Shown: in pieces, positions 1-10,504 of the stretch | Numbering within the stretch: the stretch's first letter is position 1 | How the letters are laid out: each line of letters starts with the position of its first letter | DNA from: Promethearchaeia archaeon | Lineage (GTDB): Archaea; Asgardarchaeota; Lokiarchaeia; Sigyniarchaeales; SOKP01 | Direction of reading: 5' to 3' | Length of the DNA: 64,000 bases | NCBI GenBank assembly: GCA_029856105.1 | Contig: JAHQWH010000224.1 | Location: forward strand, 1 to 64,000 | Notes under the pieces: model-generated | Database searches by the model: none | What the model was told of the DNA's origin: nothing | What the model saw: the letters and a program-made list of their open reading frames with translations, nothing else | Program-made: the position numbers and the translations under genes

Positions 1-119
1 TTAAGAAAAAAACAAAGTTGAAATATCCTTAAATAACAGAGGTTTTCAGAAAAAAATATTAAAGAGAAGAACATTTTTTTTAAAACTATACTATTAAAAA
101 ATAATTTTAAAGATTTATT

Positions 120-2894
120 ATGAATTTCATCAATGTTTTTGCTTTAAAAATGAAAAAAAATAAAGGACTTAGAAAGACTAAATTAATTTTATGTGCTTTC
201 TTCATATTTATGTTCGTATTTAATGTATTATACTTTAATGATAACTACTTTCAAAATATTAATCCTCATAACGAATTTTTTTCTCAAGATAATGTTGAAT
301 TTAACGTTGATGAAATAAATCTTGCAGCGGGTCCAGAAATTTTTCAAGACCCATTCAAAGTTAATTTTGATGATATTTGGAACTTTTTTAAAGCTAATTA
401 TGAATCAGATTTAACATTAGATATAAACACATATTTTCGAGAAGGTGATAATATAGGAGTTATAACCGATGATAAAGTATATCCTGTTGACAATTTACTT
501 TTATATAAAACCCTTTTGAAAGATGATATGAATGCATTTGAAACGTTTGATACGTATTTGAAGTTAAAAGAGTCACCTTTATGGTATCAAAGCAGTACTG
601 AGACAGATGTTTATGGTTTTATAAGTGCAGTTGATAACACTACGGGCCAAATATTTGACGATAAAAGATATTTAACTGACAATCTTATGCCGATCTTTCT
701 ATTAATTGAAAATATTGGCAACGATATCAACAGTTTTACCATTAATAGCATTTACCCTAAGGATTCAATTGAAGAAAACTTTAATTTAATAGATTCAACT
801 CAATTTTGGGATGAGATTAATGAAGGATTCTACGATCACAACTCAACAACATACAAATACGCAGAAAGTAATATGTATGCGGTATTAGCTATGCTTCAAA
901 CTTACCGAATTTACGAAGAGCTTAATCTGAATAGTGTTATGAAGAATAGAGCTCTTGAATTGGCAAATATTACAATCAACAAACTTTTAGATGAGCTGTG
1001 GGACGCTTCGAATGGCGGTTTTGAAAGTTATGGTAAAACTGATTGGTCTTCTGAAACGGGAAGCACAACTAAATATTTACAAACCAATGCTTTAGGCATT
1101 ATTACTCTATTAGAATATTGGATTGAATCTGGGATGCAAAGTGATTCAATATATTTGCAACGAGCGACTTATTTATTTGACAAATTAGAAGAAGAATTAT
1201 GGGATTCGGGATGGGATGCGTATGAATATAGTCGAGATCAAATCTGGGGGATTTGGGGTGACGAAAACAGAGAAATTGAATTAGAAGCAAATGCAGTTAT
1301 GATGTCGGCTTGTTTAAAACTTTTTGAATACACAGGAAATATTACTTATTATGATAGAGCTTGGGAATTATTTAACGCTTTTGAAAGTTCCTTTTACGAT
1401 GGAGCAGTTAGTTCTTATAAAACATCAATAGAGTATCCAGTAGATAACGATAAGAATTTTCATGCTAACCTTAAACTGTGTGAGGCTTATTTAAATGCAT
1501 ACGATATATATAACAGTACAACGCTAAATTCGTTTTACAACGTAACTAATGAAATTCCTGATTATATATTTAATCAAGACACTCTAAACATTACCAGTAT
1601 TTATTCTTTCATAAAATCTAATCAATATTACAATGTTACAACAAAAACTTATGAGCAATTTACAATTGAATATAATATTGACAGCGCAACTATTAGTTAT
1701 ATCTTCAAAAATCCAGAAAAGGTAATCTTGAACACAACGACACAGCAAATTACTGATATATCCACAAGTCTATTATACGATATAACTGATACATTTGAAA
1801 TAGGAAACGGATATTATCTCCAATTATTTGCGAATTGTTCGAATTTTGGCACAGTACATGTTCTAAAACAGTTTAATGTAATTTCTGGATTGATAAATCA
1901 CTCGATCCAAGGTTTACCAGACGTATTATATCAAGGTCCTGTTTTAAATATTACAATTCCCGTCAATAACACCCGATATAACGATGTTAATTTAACAGTC
2001 TCCCTGGAAGGTGATAATATAATTAATGAAATTCAAAATATTACTTTTATTACTCTCGTTTTAACTAATGTTTCATTTAACCTTACTACTACCCTCGGAG
2101 TTACTATAGGAACTCATACACTTAGCATTAATTTCAAATACGGAAACATTACATATTTAGAAATTCCAATAATTATTGATATTGGGCATTCATTTGACTA
2201 TACTAATTTAATTTATGAAAGTATCATTGTAAGTGGAGAAAGTGCGTTTGTATCAATGAATTTAATTAATTTCCTACCCAATAACACTCAAACATTTAAT
2301 GTGAGTTTCTTTGAAGATGATTCCTTAATTCTTAAAGAAGAATCATTTTTACTTAAAAACGAAATCAAAAACGTATATTATAATTTGAATCTTACCGATA
2401 CTGAAACACATTTTGTTAACGTAACAATGGAAATTTCTAAAGAATCTACAGTCTTCTATACTAAGCAATTTAACGTTGAAATTATTCAAAAATTTGAAAT
2501 AATTAGCGTATTTTTTCCTGAAATTATTTCTCAAGGCTTTATTGCTCAGTTTATTATGAATATTCAAAACAATCAAGAACAATCTGAATCCTTTACGCTA
2601 AAAATAAATGGAGAGCCTGTGGAAACAAATATTGATGGATTTGGACCTGGCCTTAATAGGATTGTTGCTGAAGTAATCCCTAGTATAAATCCTTATGATT
2701 TTGGAATTGTTTCTTATACATTTGAATTGATAGACAGCTCTGGTGAAACTATTGTGCAGTATTACTTCGAAGTAAGATTAGAATTATCAGCTTCTAATTT
2801 AGTTTTCTTTTATATTGTTCCAATATTAATTCCAATAGGCATTATTTTACTATATAAAAACAAAGAGATTAAACACAGATTATTAAGAAGATGA
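120..2894 (+). CDS. Membrane-anchored surface protein: N-terminal signal/TM, (alpha/alpha)6-barrel glycosidase/epimerase-like domain (GH76/AGE-like), Ig-like C-terminal domains, C-terminal TM
   Basis: Hydrophobic N-terminus; repeated LWD..GF/Y and Y...NA helix-hairpin motifs; beta-rich region with many NxT/S sites; C-terminal TM followed by basic tail. True start may be the second Met (149-151 region). Confidence 0.6.
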   Translation: MNFINVFALKMKKNKGLRKTKLILCAFFIFMFVFNVLYFNDNYFQNINPHNEFFSQDNVEFNVDEINLAAGPEIFQDPFKVNFDDIWNFFKANYESDLTLDINTYFREGDNIGVITDDKVYPVDNLLLYKTLLKDDMNAFETFDTYLKLKESPLWYQSSTETDVYGFISAVDNTTGQIFDDKRYLTDNLMPIFLLIENIGNDINSFTINSIYPKDSIEENFNLIDSTQFWDEINEGFYDHNSTTYKYAESNMYAVLAMLQTYRIYEELNLNSVMKNRALELANITINKLLDELWDASNGGFESYGKTDWSSETGSTTKYLQTNALGIITLLEYWIESGMQSDSIYLQRATYLFDKLEEELWDSGWDAYEYSRDQIWGIWGDENREIELEANAVMMSACLKLFEYTGNITYYDRAWELFNAFESSFYDGAVSSYKTSIEYPVDNDKNFHANLKLCEAYLNAYDIYNSTTLNSFYNVTNEIPDYIFNQDTLNITSIYSFIKSNQYYNVTTKTYEQFTIEYNIDSATISYIFKNPEKVILNTTTQQITDISTSLLYDITDTFEIGNGYYLQLFANCSNFGTVHVLKQFNVISGLINHSIQGLPDVLYQGPVLNITIPVNNTRYNDVNLTVSLEGDNIINEIQNITFITLVLTNVSFNLTTTLGVTIGTHTLSINFKYGNITYLEIPIIIDIGHSFDYTNLIYESIIVSGESAFVSMNLINFLPNNTQTFNVSFFEDDSLILKEESFLLKNEIKNVYYNLNLTDTETHFVNVTMEISKESTVFYTKQFNVEIIQKFEIISVFFPEIISQGFIAQFIMNIQNNQEQSESFTLKINGEPVETNIDGFGPGLNRIVAEVIPSINPYDFGIVSYTFELIDSSGETIVQYYFEVRLELSASNLVFFYIVPILIPIGIILLYKNKEIKHRLLRR

Positions 2895-2901
2895 TTGAAA
2901 A

Positions 2902-4623
2902 ATGATTAGACAAAAATATTTTATTAGTATTTTTCTGGTATTATTTACTTTTACTGCTATATTGTTTAACTTTTGGGTTATTTCAATTAATTATAATAGC
3001 GAGTATTTTAATAGCGAAAAAATTAGTGACGGAAGTGATTTTAACCTTATTTCTGATTTAAAGAATTCAGATAACGGAAACCCCTCTTTAGACTATACGT
3101 CCATATTTCAAAACGAGACTACAATTTATAGGTTATTTGAATCTTTACAATTTGATATCAACGCTTCTAAATTTACTCACGCAAACTACACTATTATGCA
3201 AATCCATTATTCAAATAATGCAGTAGAAGAATTTAGCATGGATCCTATTACTGGAAATAATTTTACTTATACATACAGCCCCGTATACGACGCCCCATTA
3301 GGGTTTCACAATGTAAGTTTCTTAATTTACAACGAAACTAATGTTCTCTTAAGTTCGGATGTTCCAATTACTAACTTCACGATCACAACCAATTATTTAT
3401 TGGTACTTAACAGCATAGAATATAGTAAAGGTGAAACGCTCTACGCAGAATTAATTGTAAATGATGAACCTCAACCATATAACTTCGATTGGAATGTAAC
3501 AATTGTTGATAGTGTCAACGAAACTCTTCAAAATAATGTTTTTGATGTTGGCAATAATCTAGAGCAATTTTCTTTTGAAATTGACGACAGATTTAATCAT
3601 ACTAATAAGATTTATTACATAAAAATCAATATGTCAGATACCTTGAATAACCTTAAAGAAGCAGCGTATTTTCCTTTTAAAGCTTTAAATTCTTTACCGG
3701 AAATAGATGTTTCGACAATAATTTTTTCACCAAGCACGATAAAGAGAGCAGAAGATTGTATTCTTACTTTAAATGTTACCGATGTTGATATTTATACTTT
3801 ACCAGAAAATTTAACCGTCTCTATGACAATTCAAAGTTCTTCTGGTGAATTAGAATCACCTATTGAACTAACTAACAATAATAATTGGACTTTCACAACA
3901 ACATTTTCGATAGGTATAAATAATCCAATAGGAAAATATCAAATTATTATCGAAGCACAAGACCAATATAATGGAATGGATTCCTATACAGCTTCCTTAT
4001 ATGTTGAAAATAATGCTCCTGAAATTCAAAGCTATTCAGTTAACGGATTAAGTATGAATCAGAGCATTTCAGCAAATTATGGCGAAGATTTAATTTTTAC
4101 TTTTGATGTTTCTGATGTGGAAAACACGATTGCTTATATCACAGTCTCTCTTTTAGACGCAGAAAATAATTGGTATAATATTTCAAGAGCGTATACGTCC
4201 AGCATGAATATCTTAGTCAGAACGGAGGAATTAATAACGGGCGTTTGGTATGTTTATATTTCTGTGACAGACATTGATGGCGCAACTACTTACCTAGCTT
4301 CAGATTATGGTTTAGCGCCACAAGAAATTAGTATAATCCCTGATTTATTAACACCAATTCTTCCATGGATTGGGTTTGTGATTGGAATTGCGATTGGTTT
4401 GTTGGCTGGTATTGGTTTATTGTATAAAAAATTTAAGAGTAAATACATCGAATCAAAAGACACTGCCCCAAAAAAACCTACTTCTAAAAAAATATCGAAG
4501 AAACCTAAAACTAAACCTTCTAAAAAAGAAGTTGTAAAGGAAGAAGACACTAAAGTTGAACCTCAAGAAACCAAAGAAATACCAAAAGAACCTCAAAGAA
4601 AAATAAAAAGAAAATTAAAATAA
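2902..4623 (+). CDS. Membrane-anchored surface protein with tandem Ig-like beta-sandwich domains and a Lys/Glu-rich cytoplasmic tail
   Basis: N-terminal TM, repeated N..P.I / V.D.D motifs, C-terminal TM (WIGFVIGIAIGLLAGIGLLY), charged tail; starts 7 nt after the previous gene. Confidence 0.6.
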   Translation: MIRQKYFISIFLVLFTFTAILFNFWVISINYNSEYFNSEKISDGSDFNLISDLKNSDNGNPSLDYTSIFQNETTIYRLFESLQFDINASKFTHANYTIMQIHYSNNAVEEFSMDPITGNNFTYTYSPVYDAPLGFHNVSFLIYNETNVLLSSDVPITNFTITTNYLLVLNSIEYSKGETLYAELIVNDEPQPYNFDWNVTIVDSVNETLQNNVFDVGNNLEQFSFEIDDRFNHTNKIYYIKINMSDTLNNLKEAAYFPFKALNSLPEIDVSTIIFSPSTIKRAEDCILTLNVTDVDIYTLPENLTVSMTIQSSSGELESPIELTNNNNWTFTTTFSIGINNPIGKYQIIIEAQDQYNGMDSYTASLYVENNAPEIQSYSVNGLSMNQSISANYGEDLIFTFDVSDVENTIAYITVSLLDAENNWYNISRAYTSSMNILVRTEELITGVWYVYISVTDIDGATTYLASDYGLAPQEISIIPDLLTPILPWIGFVIGIAIGLLAGIGLLYKKFKSKYIESKDTAPKKPTSKKISKKPKTKPSKKEVVKEEDTKVEPQETKEIPKEPQRKIKRKLK

Positions 4624-4675
4624 AAGAATTTTTTTAAATTTACTTTTAAAACATTATTTCTAATTTTTTAGTGGT

Positions 4676-5587
4676 TTAAGCTAAAATATCATGTAATCTA
4701 TATTGAAATTTTCCCAGCTTACCACCATAATTCCCTGCACTGATTTTTGAAACACCCGGGACTTGAACAGCCGCTTTAATCCCTAACTTCAAAGCTTCTT
4801 TTATAACTTCTTCATTAGCACCGTCAAGGATTACTTCGTACACGTAATTATCTTTCTCTCCGAGTAAAGAATTCTCAGTTTTTCCTCGCAGTGTTGGACA
4901 AAGAGGATCGTTCGTTGAAGCATTTAAAAAACTATATTGTGATCCTACTTTTGAACCAGACCGTGCTATCCCACCCGGAAAAGGAGCTATTATATTTTTT
5001 AAATCTTTTATTGCATCAATTGCTTTTTCTGCAGCTTCTAAGGCTGCCTTTTGAGTTTCACCATAAATTAAGAAATTTCCTCCCGCGATTCCTTTTCCAA
5101 CTTTGAATGTGCTTTGAACGATAAATTCGCCGTCCATAACGGGAATTTTCCACGCTTCAAAAGGATAGTCTCCTTCTATTTTTTCTTCAAATTTATCACC
5201 AAAAAATTTTAGCTTATATCCTGTTTTTATTTCAAAGTCTTTTTCTGGAACAAGAGAGCCATTAAATGCATCGAAACAAGCTGTTGTTGGGCATGTTAAT
5301 ACACATTGACCCATCCTATTCAATAAAACGCTGTCCATTTTATCTTTTTTAGTCTTAAAAAACATCAATACAACTCCAGGTCGTTTATCGGGTGTTTTTT
5401 CAGCAGAAACAAATACATCTATACCGGCTTCTGAATCGCAGTGGATTGTTGAAGTCCCATAACCAGTTGCGATTTGACCAACAATTTTCGCCCATTTTTC
5501 ATTTATGGTAGTTACTAAAATTCTAGTAAAAACAGCTCCAAACGCTTCACAGAAAGTATCTTCAATTTCTACTCCATTTATTTCCAT
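4676..5587 (-). CDS. ftr: Formylmethanofuran:tetrahydromethanopterin formyltransferase
   Basis: MEINGVEIEDTFCEAF, TPDKRPG, GQCVLTCPTTACF, GIAGGNF, SGSKVGS, ISAGNYGGKLG motifs. Confidence 0.97.
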   Translation of the reverse strand: MEINGVEIEDTFCEAFGAVFTRILVTTINEKWAKIVGQIATGYGTSTIHCDSEAGIDVFVSAEKTPDKRPGVVLMFFKTKKDKMDSVLLNRMGQCVLTCPTTACFDAFNGSLVPEKDFEIKTGYKLKFFGDKFEEKIEGDYPFEAWKIPVMDGEFIVQSTFKVGKGIAGGNFLIYGETQKAALEAAEKAIDAIKDLKNIIAPFPGGIARSGSKVGSQYSFLNASTNDPLCPTLRGKTENSLLGEKDNYVYEVILDGANEEVIKEALKLGIKAAVQVPGVSKISAGNYGGKLGKFQYRLHDILA

Positions 5588-5764
5588 TTTTTAATCAACA
5601 TTTCTATTTTGTATTTTAAATCCTAATGTTTATTATAAATTTTAATAGAGCGCAATAATATATAAAATTTTTAAGAAAAAAAGCTAAAAATTTTAATTAA
5701 TTATCAATTTAAGAAATTCATAATAGAATCTTTATGATTTTTAATAAGTTTAAAGTTGTCAAAA

Positions 5765-6604
5765 ATGAGTGAAGAAAAAGTTTTAAAAATTGGGATACTT
5801 AAGAATGGAACAATTGGTTCTTCGTTATTACTTGCTTTTTTATTGGATGAAAGGGCAGAATCTAAGAATATAGTTGTGCGAGAAGTTACCTCGGGAGCGA
5901 AAATGAACCCTCCAGAGGAATGCGTAGAAACAATGAAAAAATTATTAGAATTTGAACCGGAATTAATCTTAATGTCCAGTCCAAACGCGGCGTTAAAAGG
6001 ACCGAAAGCAGCAAGAGAATTAGCAGGAAATATTCCTACGATTATAGTCTCTGATGCCCCAGCAAAAAAGGCTTTCGAAGAATTTAAAGAAAAAAACATG
6101 GGATATATAATAGTAGGCTGTGACTCAATGATAGGAGCAAGGCGTCCATTTCTAGACACTATCGAGATGAGTTGTTTCAATGCAGATCTATTAAAAGTTC
6201 TTGCGATTACTGGTGCTTTTAATATAATAACTAACGAATTGAATAAAGTTATAATGGATATGTTAGAAGGGAAGGTTCCTACTTTACCTCAAATTGAGAT
6301 TAAAGCCACTAACGCTACAGAGGCAGCAGGTTTTTCAAACCCTTACGCCCAAGCTAAAGCTATTGCAGCTTTCGAATTAGCAGCTTCAGTTTCTAAGATT
6401 ACGGGAAGAGCGTGCTTTGTTTTAAAAGATAGAGCCGATTATATGCCTTTATTAGCTGCATCTCACGAAATGATGAAAACAGCTGCTGAATTATGCACAC
6501 AAGCCAGAGAAATAGAGAAATCTAACGACACAGTATTGAGAACGCCTCATCATGCTAAGCAACATCTTTTAACCAAGAGAAAACTCCACGAAAAAGAAGC
6601 TTAA
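5765..6604 (+). CDS. mtd: F420-dependent methylene-H4MPT dehydrogenase
   Basis: LLDERA, SGAKM.P, SPNAALKGP..ARE, DSMIGARR.FLD..EM..FNAD, ARE.EK..D.V.RTPH; start moved to the ATG at 5765. Confidence 0.95.
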   Translation: MSEEKVLKIGILKNGTIGSSLLLAFLLDERAESKNIVVREVTSGAKMNPPEECVETMKKLLEFEPELILMSSPNAALKGPKAARELAGNIPTIIVSDAPAKKAFEEFKEKNMGYIIVGCDSMIGARRPFLDTIEMSCFNADLLKVLAITGAFNIITNELNKVIMDMLEGKVPTLPQIEIKATNATEAAGFSNPYAQAKAIAAFELAASVSKITGRACFVLKDRADYMPLLAASHEMMKTAAELCTQAREIEKSNDTVLRTPHHAKQHLLTKRKLHEKEA

Positions 6605-6699
6605 TTATTATTATTAAAATATATTTTTAAAAAATTCTTATTTTTTTAATTTGTTTTTATAAAATAGGCAATTGAACTAAAAAAATTAAGGGAATCCTC

Positions 6700-6951
6700 T
6701 TAAAATATTTTTTGGATTCCCATTATTTCAGATTCTAATAAATATATTAAGGTTTCTATATATTGTCTATTAAATGAGTCTTTCTCACGAATAGTATTAT
6801 ACGCATTTAAATATTCATTTAATTGTGTTTCTTTTTCAATTATCTCCGCTTCAAAGTAACCTCGAGCAAATTCAGATATAAATTCTCTTTTAGAAGATAA
6901 AACGATTTTTTCTCCAAAACTATTTACTTCATTAACCAAACTTATCACCAT
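6700..6951 (-). CDS. Small helical-hairpin protein, paralogous to the central helical insert of 11259..11876
   Basis: ATG at 6951 behind AAGGTG SD; 19 of 52 aligned residues identical (counted by eye) to the middle of the 11259 protein. Confidence 0.7.
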   Translation of the reverse strand: MVISLVNEVNSFGEKIVLSSKREFISEFARGYFEAEIIEKETQLNEYLNAYNTIREKDSFNRQYIETLIYLLESEIMGIQKIF

Positions 6952-6992
6952 TATGTACACCTTTTAATTTTTATATAATTTTTTTATAACTT

Positions 6993-7072
6993 CTAATTAA
7001 ATAACCTTAAGCGATAAATTTAAAGAATTTGATAAGAAAAATTTTTGATAAATTGATAATTTTATTTTTCAA
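6993..7072 (-). promoter_or_regulatory. Promoter/operator copy A, with TATA-like box and TTGATAA-N6-TTTTCAA near-palindrome at 7053-7072
   Basis: 7021-7060 matches 11951-11990 at 34 of 40 positions; same position relative to the downstream gene. Confidence 0.65.
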
Positions 7073-7105
7073 AAAATTTCATTGACAAGTTTAATTATTT
7101 TATTT

Positions 7106-9379
7106 TTATCTGTAAATATCTTCGACTGTTTCTTTAATAGTTTCCTTATAAGCCATTTTAGCTTTATTAGCGCCTATTTGTACTTTCTCTATTGCTTTTT
7201 CAAAATCAGCTTGAGAAATTTTAACCTTTTTATATGAATCAGGATTTTGGGTATCTATATTATCGTCAATAACACTTCTGCGAATGGCCAAAAGTGTGGC
7301 TTCTTCGCAGATTGCTTTTATATCTGCTCCTGTATTTCCTTCTAACCTTTCTGCTAGTTTTTCACTATCAATATTATTATCTATCGGACGATTAGCGATG
7401 TGTATTTTAAATATCTTAATTCGAGAGGTTTTATTTGGTAATGGAACTTCTATATGCCTTCCGAATCTTCCTGAACGCAGAATGGCAGGATCGAGAATAT
7501 CAGGTCTATTTGTAGCCGCTATTAAAATGACATCTTTTAATTCTTCTAAACCATCCATTTCTGTTAAAAATTGCGCTACAACTTGTTCAATAACCCTTGA
7601 ACTTGAAGATATAGATCTTCTTGCCGCGATAGCATCAATTTCGTCAAAAAATATAATACAAGGAGCAGCCGTTCTTGCTTTTCGAAATATTTCTCTTACA
7701 GCTTTAGCACTTTCACCAACCCATTTTGATAGAAATTCAGGACCCTTTACTGAAATAAAATTTACTTCTGTTTCATGGGCAAGTGCCTTAGCCATTAATG
7801 TTTTACCCGTCCCAGGAAGACCAAATATTAAAATTCCATTAGGTGGTCTTGATTTCATATGTTTATAGAACCCCGAGTACTTAAATGGCCATTCAACTAT
7901 TTCTCTTAATTGCTGTTTTGCGTCTTCTAATCCGCCAATATCTTCCCAAGTCTCAGTTGGCTGCGTAACAAATACTTCCCTTAATGCAGATGGCTCAATA
8001 CTATTTAACGCTGTAATAAAATGTGTCATTTTGATTATTAATTTGTTTAAAATTTCTTCCGGTATAGGTTTATCTAAGTCAATATTAGGTATTATCTCCC
8101 TAATCGCAAGCATAGCTGCCTCTTTGCATAGAGCTTTAATATCTGCACCCACAAAACCGTGTGTTTTTTCAGCTATTAGATTTAGATCAATATCCTTATT
8201 TAAAGGCATTCCTCGAGTATGGATCAATAAAACTTCATAGCGCCCTTTAGTATCAGGTACTTTAATTTCAATTTCTCTGTCAAAACGCCCTGGTCTTCTT
8301 AGTGCTATATCAATATTATTTACTTTATTCGTTGCACCAATGACTATAACTTCACCCCTCCCTTCTAAACCATCCATAAGAGATAAAAGTTGAGCCACAA
8401 CTCTTGATTCTACCTGGCCTTTATTTTCATCCCTTTTATGAGCAATTGAATCTAATTCATCAAGAAAAATAATAGACGGAGCATTATCTTTTGCTTCTTC
8501 AAATCTTTTTCGAAGATTTTCTTCACTTTGACCAAAAAATTTGCTCATTATTTCAGGTCCACTGATATTTATAAAATAGGCGTCAGTCTCATAAGCTACT
8601 GCCTTTGCTAGTAAAGTTTTACCCGTACCTGGAGCCCCATGGAGTAGAACTCCTTTTGGAGGGTCAATTCCAATTCTTTCAAAAAGTTCAGGGTGTCTAA
8701 TAGGTAATTCAATCATTTCTCTAATCTTTTGAATCGAATCCTCTAAACCCCCTATATCTTCGTATGTTATTTTTCCCTGAATTTCTTGTAATCTCTGTTC
8801 TAAATCACTAATTCCTTCATATGCTATTTCTTTTTTTTTAATTTCGTTAATTTCTTGATTTGATTTTTCAACAAATAATATTTTTGTATCAAGTCGGATT
8901 TTAACCGCTTCAGAATTAGGTGTGTAATCAACGACTACAAGGTCAATTCTACGTGCCATGGCATAGAAGCTTAAGCTATCTCCTTTTGTTATTGCTCTAT
9001 TTTCTAATTTTCTAGCTAAGGCTTGAGGATCTCGAGGGATTAATGAATTATCTAACCCAGTAAAGGTTATTGTATTGGCAATATCTATACTAATTTTTTT
9101 AATTTCAACAAGGTCATCAATTGAGGCTCCTAAATTTCGTCTCAAGGAGGGATCCATACGAATAATCTTTTTTCCTCTATCTTCATTTTTTCCTGTTGAT
9201 AAAGAAGCAACAGTTTTTTTATTTACTATGGGATGGATGATTTTAATTACATCACCTATCTTAAGATTTAAATTTGAAACTATCTCTGGGTCTATTCTTA
9301 CAATGCCTCTCCCTGCGTCTTCTTTGAATGCGTCTTTAATCCTTACTTTACTTACAATCCCATCAATATTCTCAACCAT
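7106..9379 (-). CDS. cdc48: CDC48/VCP family double AAA+ ATPase
   Basis: N-domain ([10 protein letters not shown]), two AAA modules ([16 protein letters not shown]; DELD, DEID; [12 protein letters not shown]), C-terminal HbYX-like IYR. Confidence 0.96.
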   Translation of the reverse strand: MVENIDGIVSKVRIKDAFKEDAGRGIVRIDPEIVSNLNLKIGDVIKIIHPIVNKKTVASLSTGKNEDRGKKIIRMDPSLRRNLGASIDDLVEIKKISIDIANTITFTGLDNSLIPRDPQALARKLENRAITKGDSLSFYAMARRIDLVVVDYTPNSEAVKIRLDTKILFVEKSNQEINEIKKKEIAYEGISDLEQRLQEIQGKITYEDIGGLEDSIQKIREMIELPIRHPELFERIGIDPPKGVLLHGAPGTGKTLLAKAVAYETDAYFINISGPEIMSKFFGQSEENLRKRFEEAKDNAPSIIFLDELDSIAHKRDENKGQVESRVVAQLLSLMDGLEGRGEVIVIGATNKVNNIDIALRRPGRFDREIEIKVPDTKGRYEVLLIHTRGMPLNKDIDLNLIAEKTHGFVGADIKALCKEAAMLAIREIIPNIDLDKPIPEEILNKLIIKMTHFITALNSIEPSALREVFVTQPTETWEDIGGLEDAKQQLREIVEWPFKYSGFYKHMKSRPPNGILIFGLPGTGKTLMAKALAHETEVNFISVKGPEFLSKWVGESAKAVREIFRKARTAAPCIIFFDEIDAIAARRSISSSSRVIEQVVAQFLTEMDGLEELKDVILIAATNRPDILDPAILRSGRFGRHIEVPLPNKTSRIKIFKIHIANRPIDNNIDSEKLAERLEGNTGADIKAICEEATLLAIRRSVIDDNIDTQNPDSYKKVKISQADFEKAIEKVQIGANKAKMAYKETIKETVEDIYR

Positions 9380-9437
9380 TTTATTCCCCTCTAAACTAAC
9401 TAATAAATCAATAAAAAAAAAATAAAAATTTTAGAAT

Positions 9438-10451
9438 TTACATTTTATATAACAATTTTTTAGCAACTTCGAACGCATAGTTATAATCAAATACCTTTGT
9501 ACCTTTAGTTTTTGTTGCTTCTTTTAAGATTTCTCCCTCTGAATTTGCTTTTAAACGACCTAATGCTAATGCTCCGATTCCAAATATTCCTGGATAAATT
9601 TCTTTATTATCGTGTTTTGGTCTTATTCCTTCAATTCCATAAGGGGGAACTAAATTGATATCTACTACAATTTTCTTACCTTCTAACCTTTCCATTAGAT
9701 CGCTTGACAAAATTTCAACACCAGCAGCAGCTAGAGACCAGATAATAAGCGCATCTTTAGCAACATCATATCTTTGTTCATTTTCAGGAGCAAAAATCCC
9801 TTTAATCTCGGTCGCATTCTCCCCCGCTTCTTCGGTTACTTCTTTAGCAAGGTTTTTAATAAATTCTTCGTTCGATTTATCCCAAGTTTCAACTAAAAAT
9901 GTATTCATCCCTTCTTTTGCTGCTAATATGGCAGCAATTCTGGCAACTGGACCCGCCCCATAGATGACGACTTTTTCTCCTTTTAAATCCCTAATTTTAT
10001 GTATATTTTTAGCATCGTATAAAGTCTTAGCTACAACTGCAGAAGCAGTAGTATGAGAACCCCTTGGATCTATTATTACGGGACATTCAAATGGAGGTAC
10101 TAAGGATTCAATAACTTTCTTAGCAATTTTTTCCCCTTCCTTTACATTAGACCCCCCAATAAAAAACGTTGTACGTGCTTTAGGTTTACGCGAAAATATA
10201 GCATCCTGGACAAGTTTAGGAACTTGATCCGCCGTCATTCTACTTATTGGAACAACAATATCAAAACCAGCGTCGTAAGCCATGTTAATGTCAAACGGAG
10301 AAGCGTTATCATCCGTGTCAAAAAAATAGCAAATCTTATCTGAGGAATCCTTTTTCTTTATTTTAATTGGCGTCAATTCTATTATTGATTTTTTACCAAG
10401 AATACTTTCTATTTTATTTCCAATTTCATTATTTTGAGTAATTTTTCTCAT
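9438..10451 (-). CDS. mtdB: NAD(P)-dependent methylene-H4MPT dehydrogenase, MtdA/MtdB-like
   Basis: SPFDINMAYDAG, LVQDAIFSR, FIGG, DPRGSHTTASA, GAGPV Rossmann motif, DINLVPPYGIEG, GIGALALG.LK. Confidence 0.85.
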   Translation of the reverse strand: MRKITQNNEIGNKIESILGKKSIIELTPIKIKKKDSSDKICYFFDTDDNASPFDINMAYDAGFDIVVPISRMTADQVPKLVQDAIFSRKPKARTTFFIGGSNVKEGEKIAKKVIESLVPPFECPVIIDPRGSHTTASAVVAKTLYDAKNIHKIRDLKGEKVVIYGAGPVARIAAILAAKEGMNTFLVETWDKSNEEFIKNLAKEVTEEAGENATEIKGIFAPENEQRYDVAKDALIIWSLAAAGVEILSSDLMERLEGKKIVVDINLVPPYGIEGIRPKHDNKEIYPGIFGIGALALGRLKANSEGEILKEATKTKGTKVFDYNYAFEVAKKLLYKM

Positions 10452-10504
10452 CTCACATCGTTAATTAAATTATAAAATTTAAAAAAATTATAACTAAAAA
10501 AAAA

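Noticed and set aside
4480-4623. Lys-rich stretch as a histone-like or separate nucleic-acid-binding gene
   Set aside because: It is the low-complexity cytoplasmic tail of the 2902..4623 membrane protein
7284-7868. Long antisense ORFs (for example 7284..7868, 5704..6180, 21887..22255, 36571..36975, 51773..52183)
   Set aside because: They are shadows of well-supported genes on the opposite strand and show no motifs of their own
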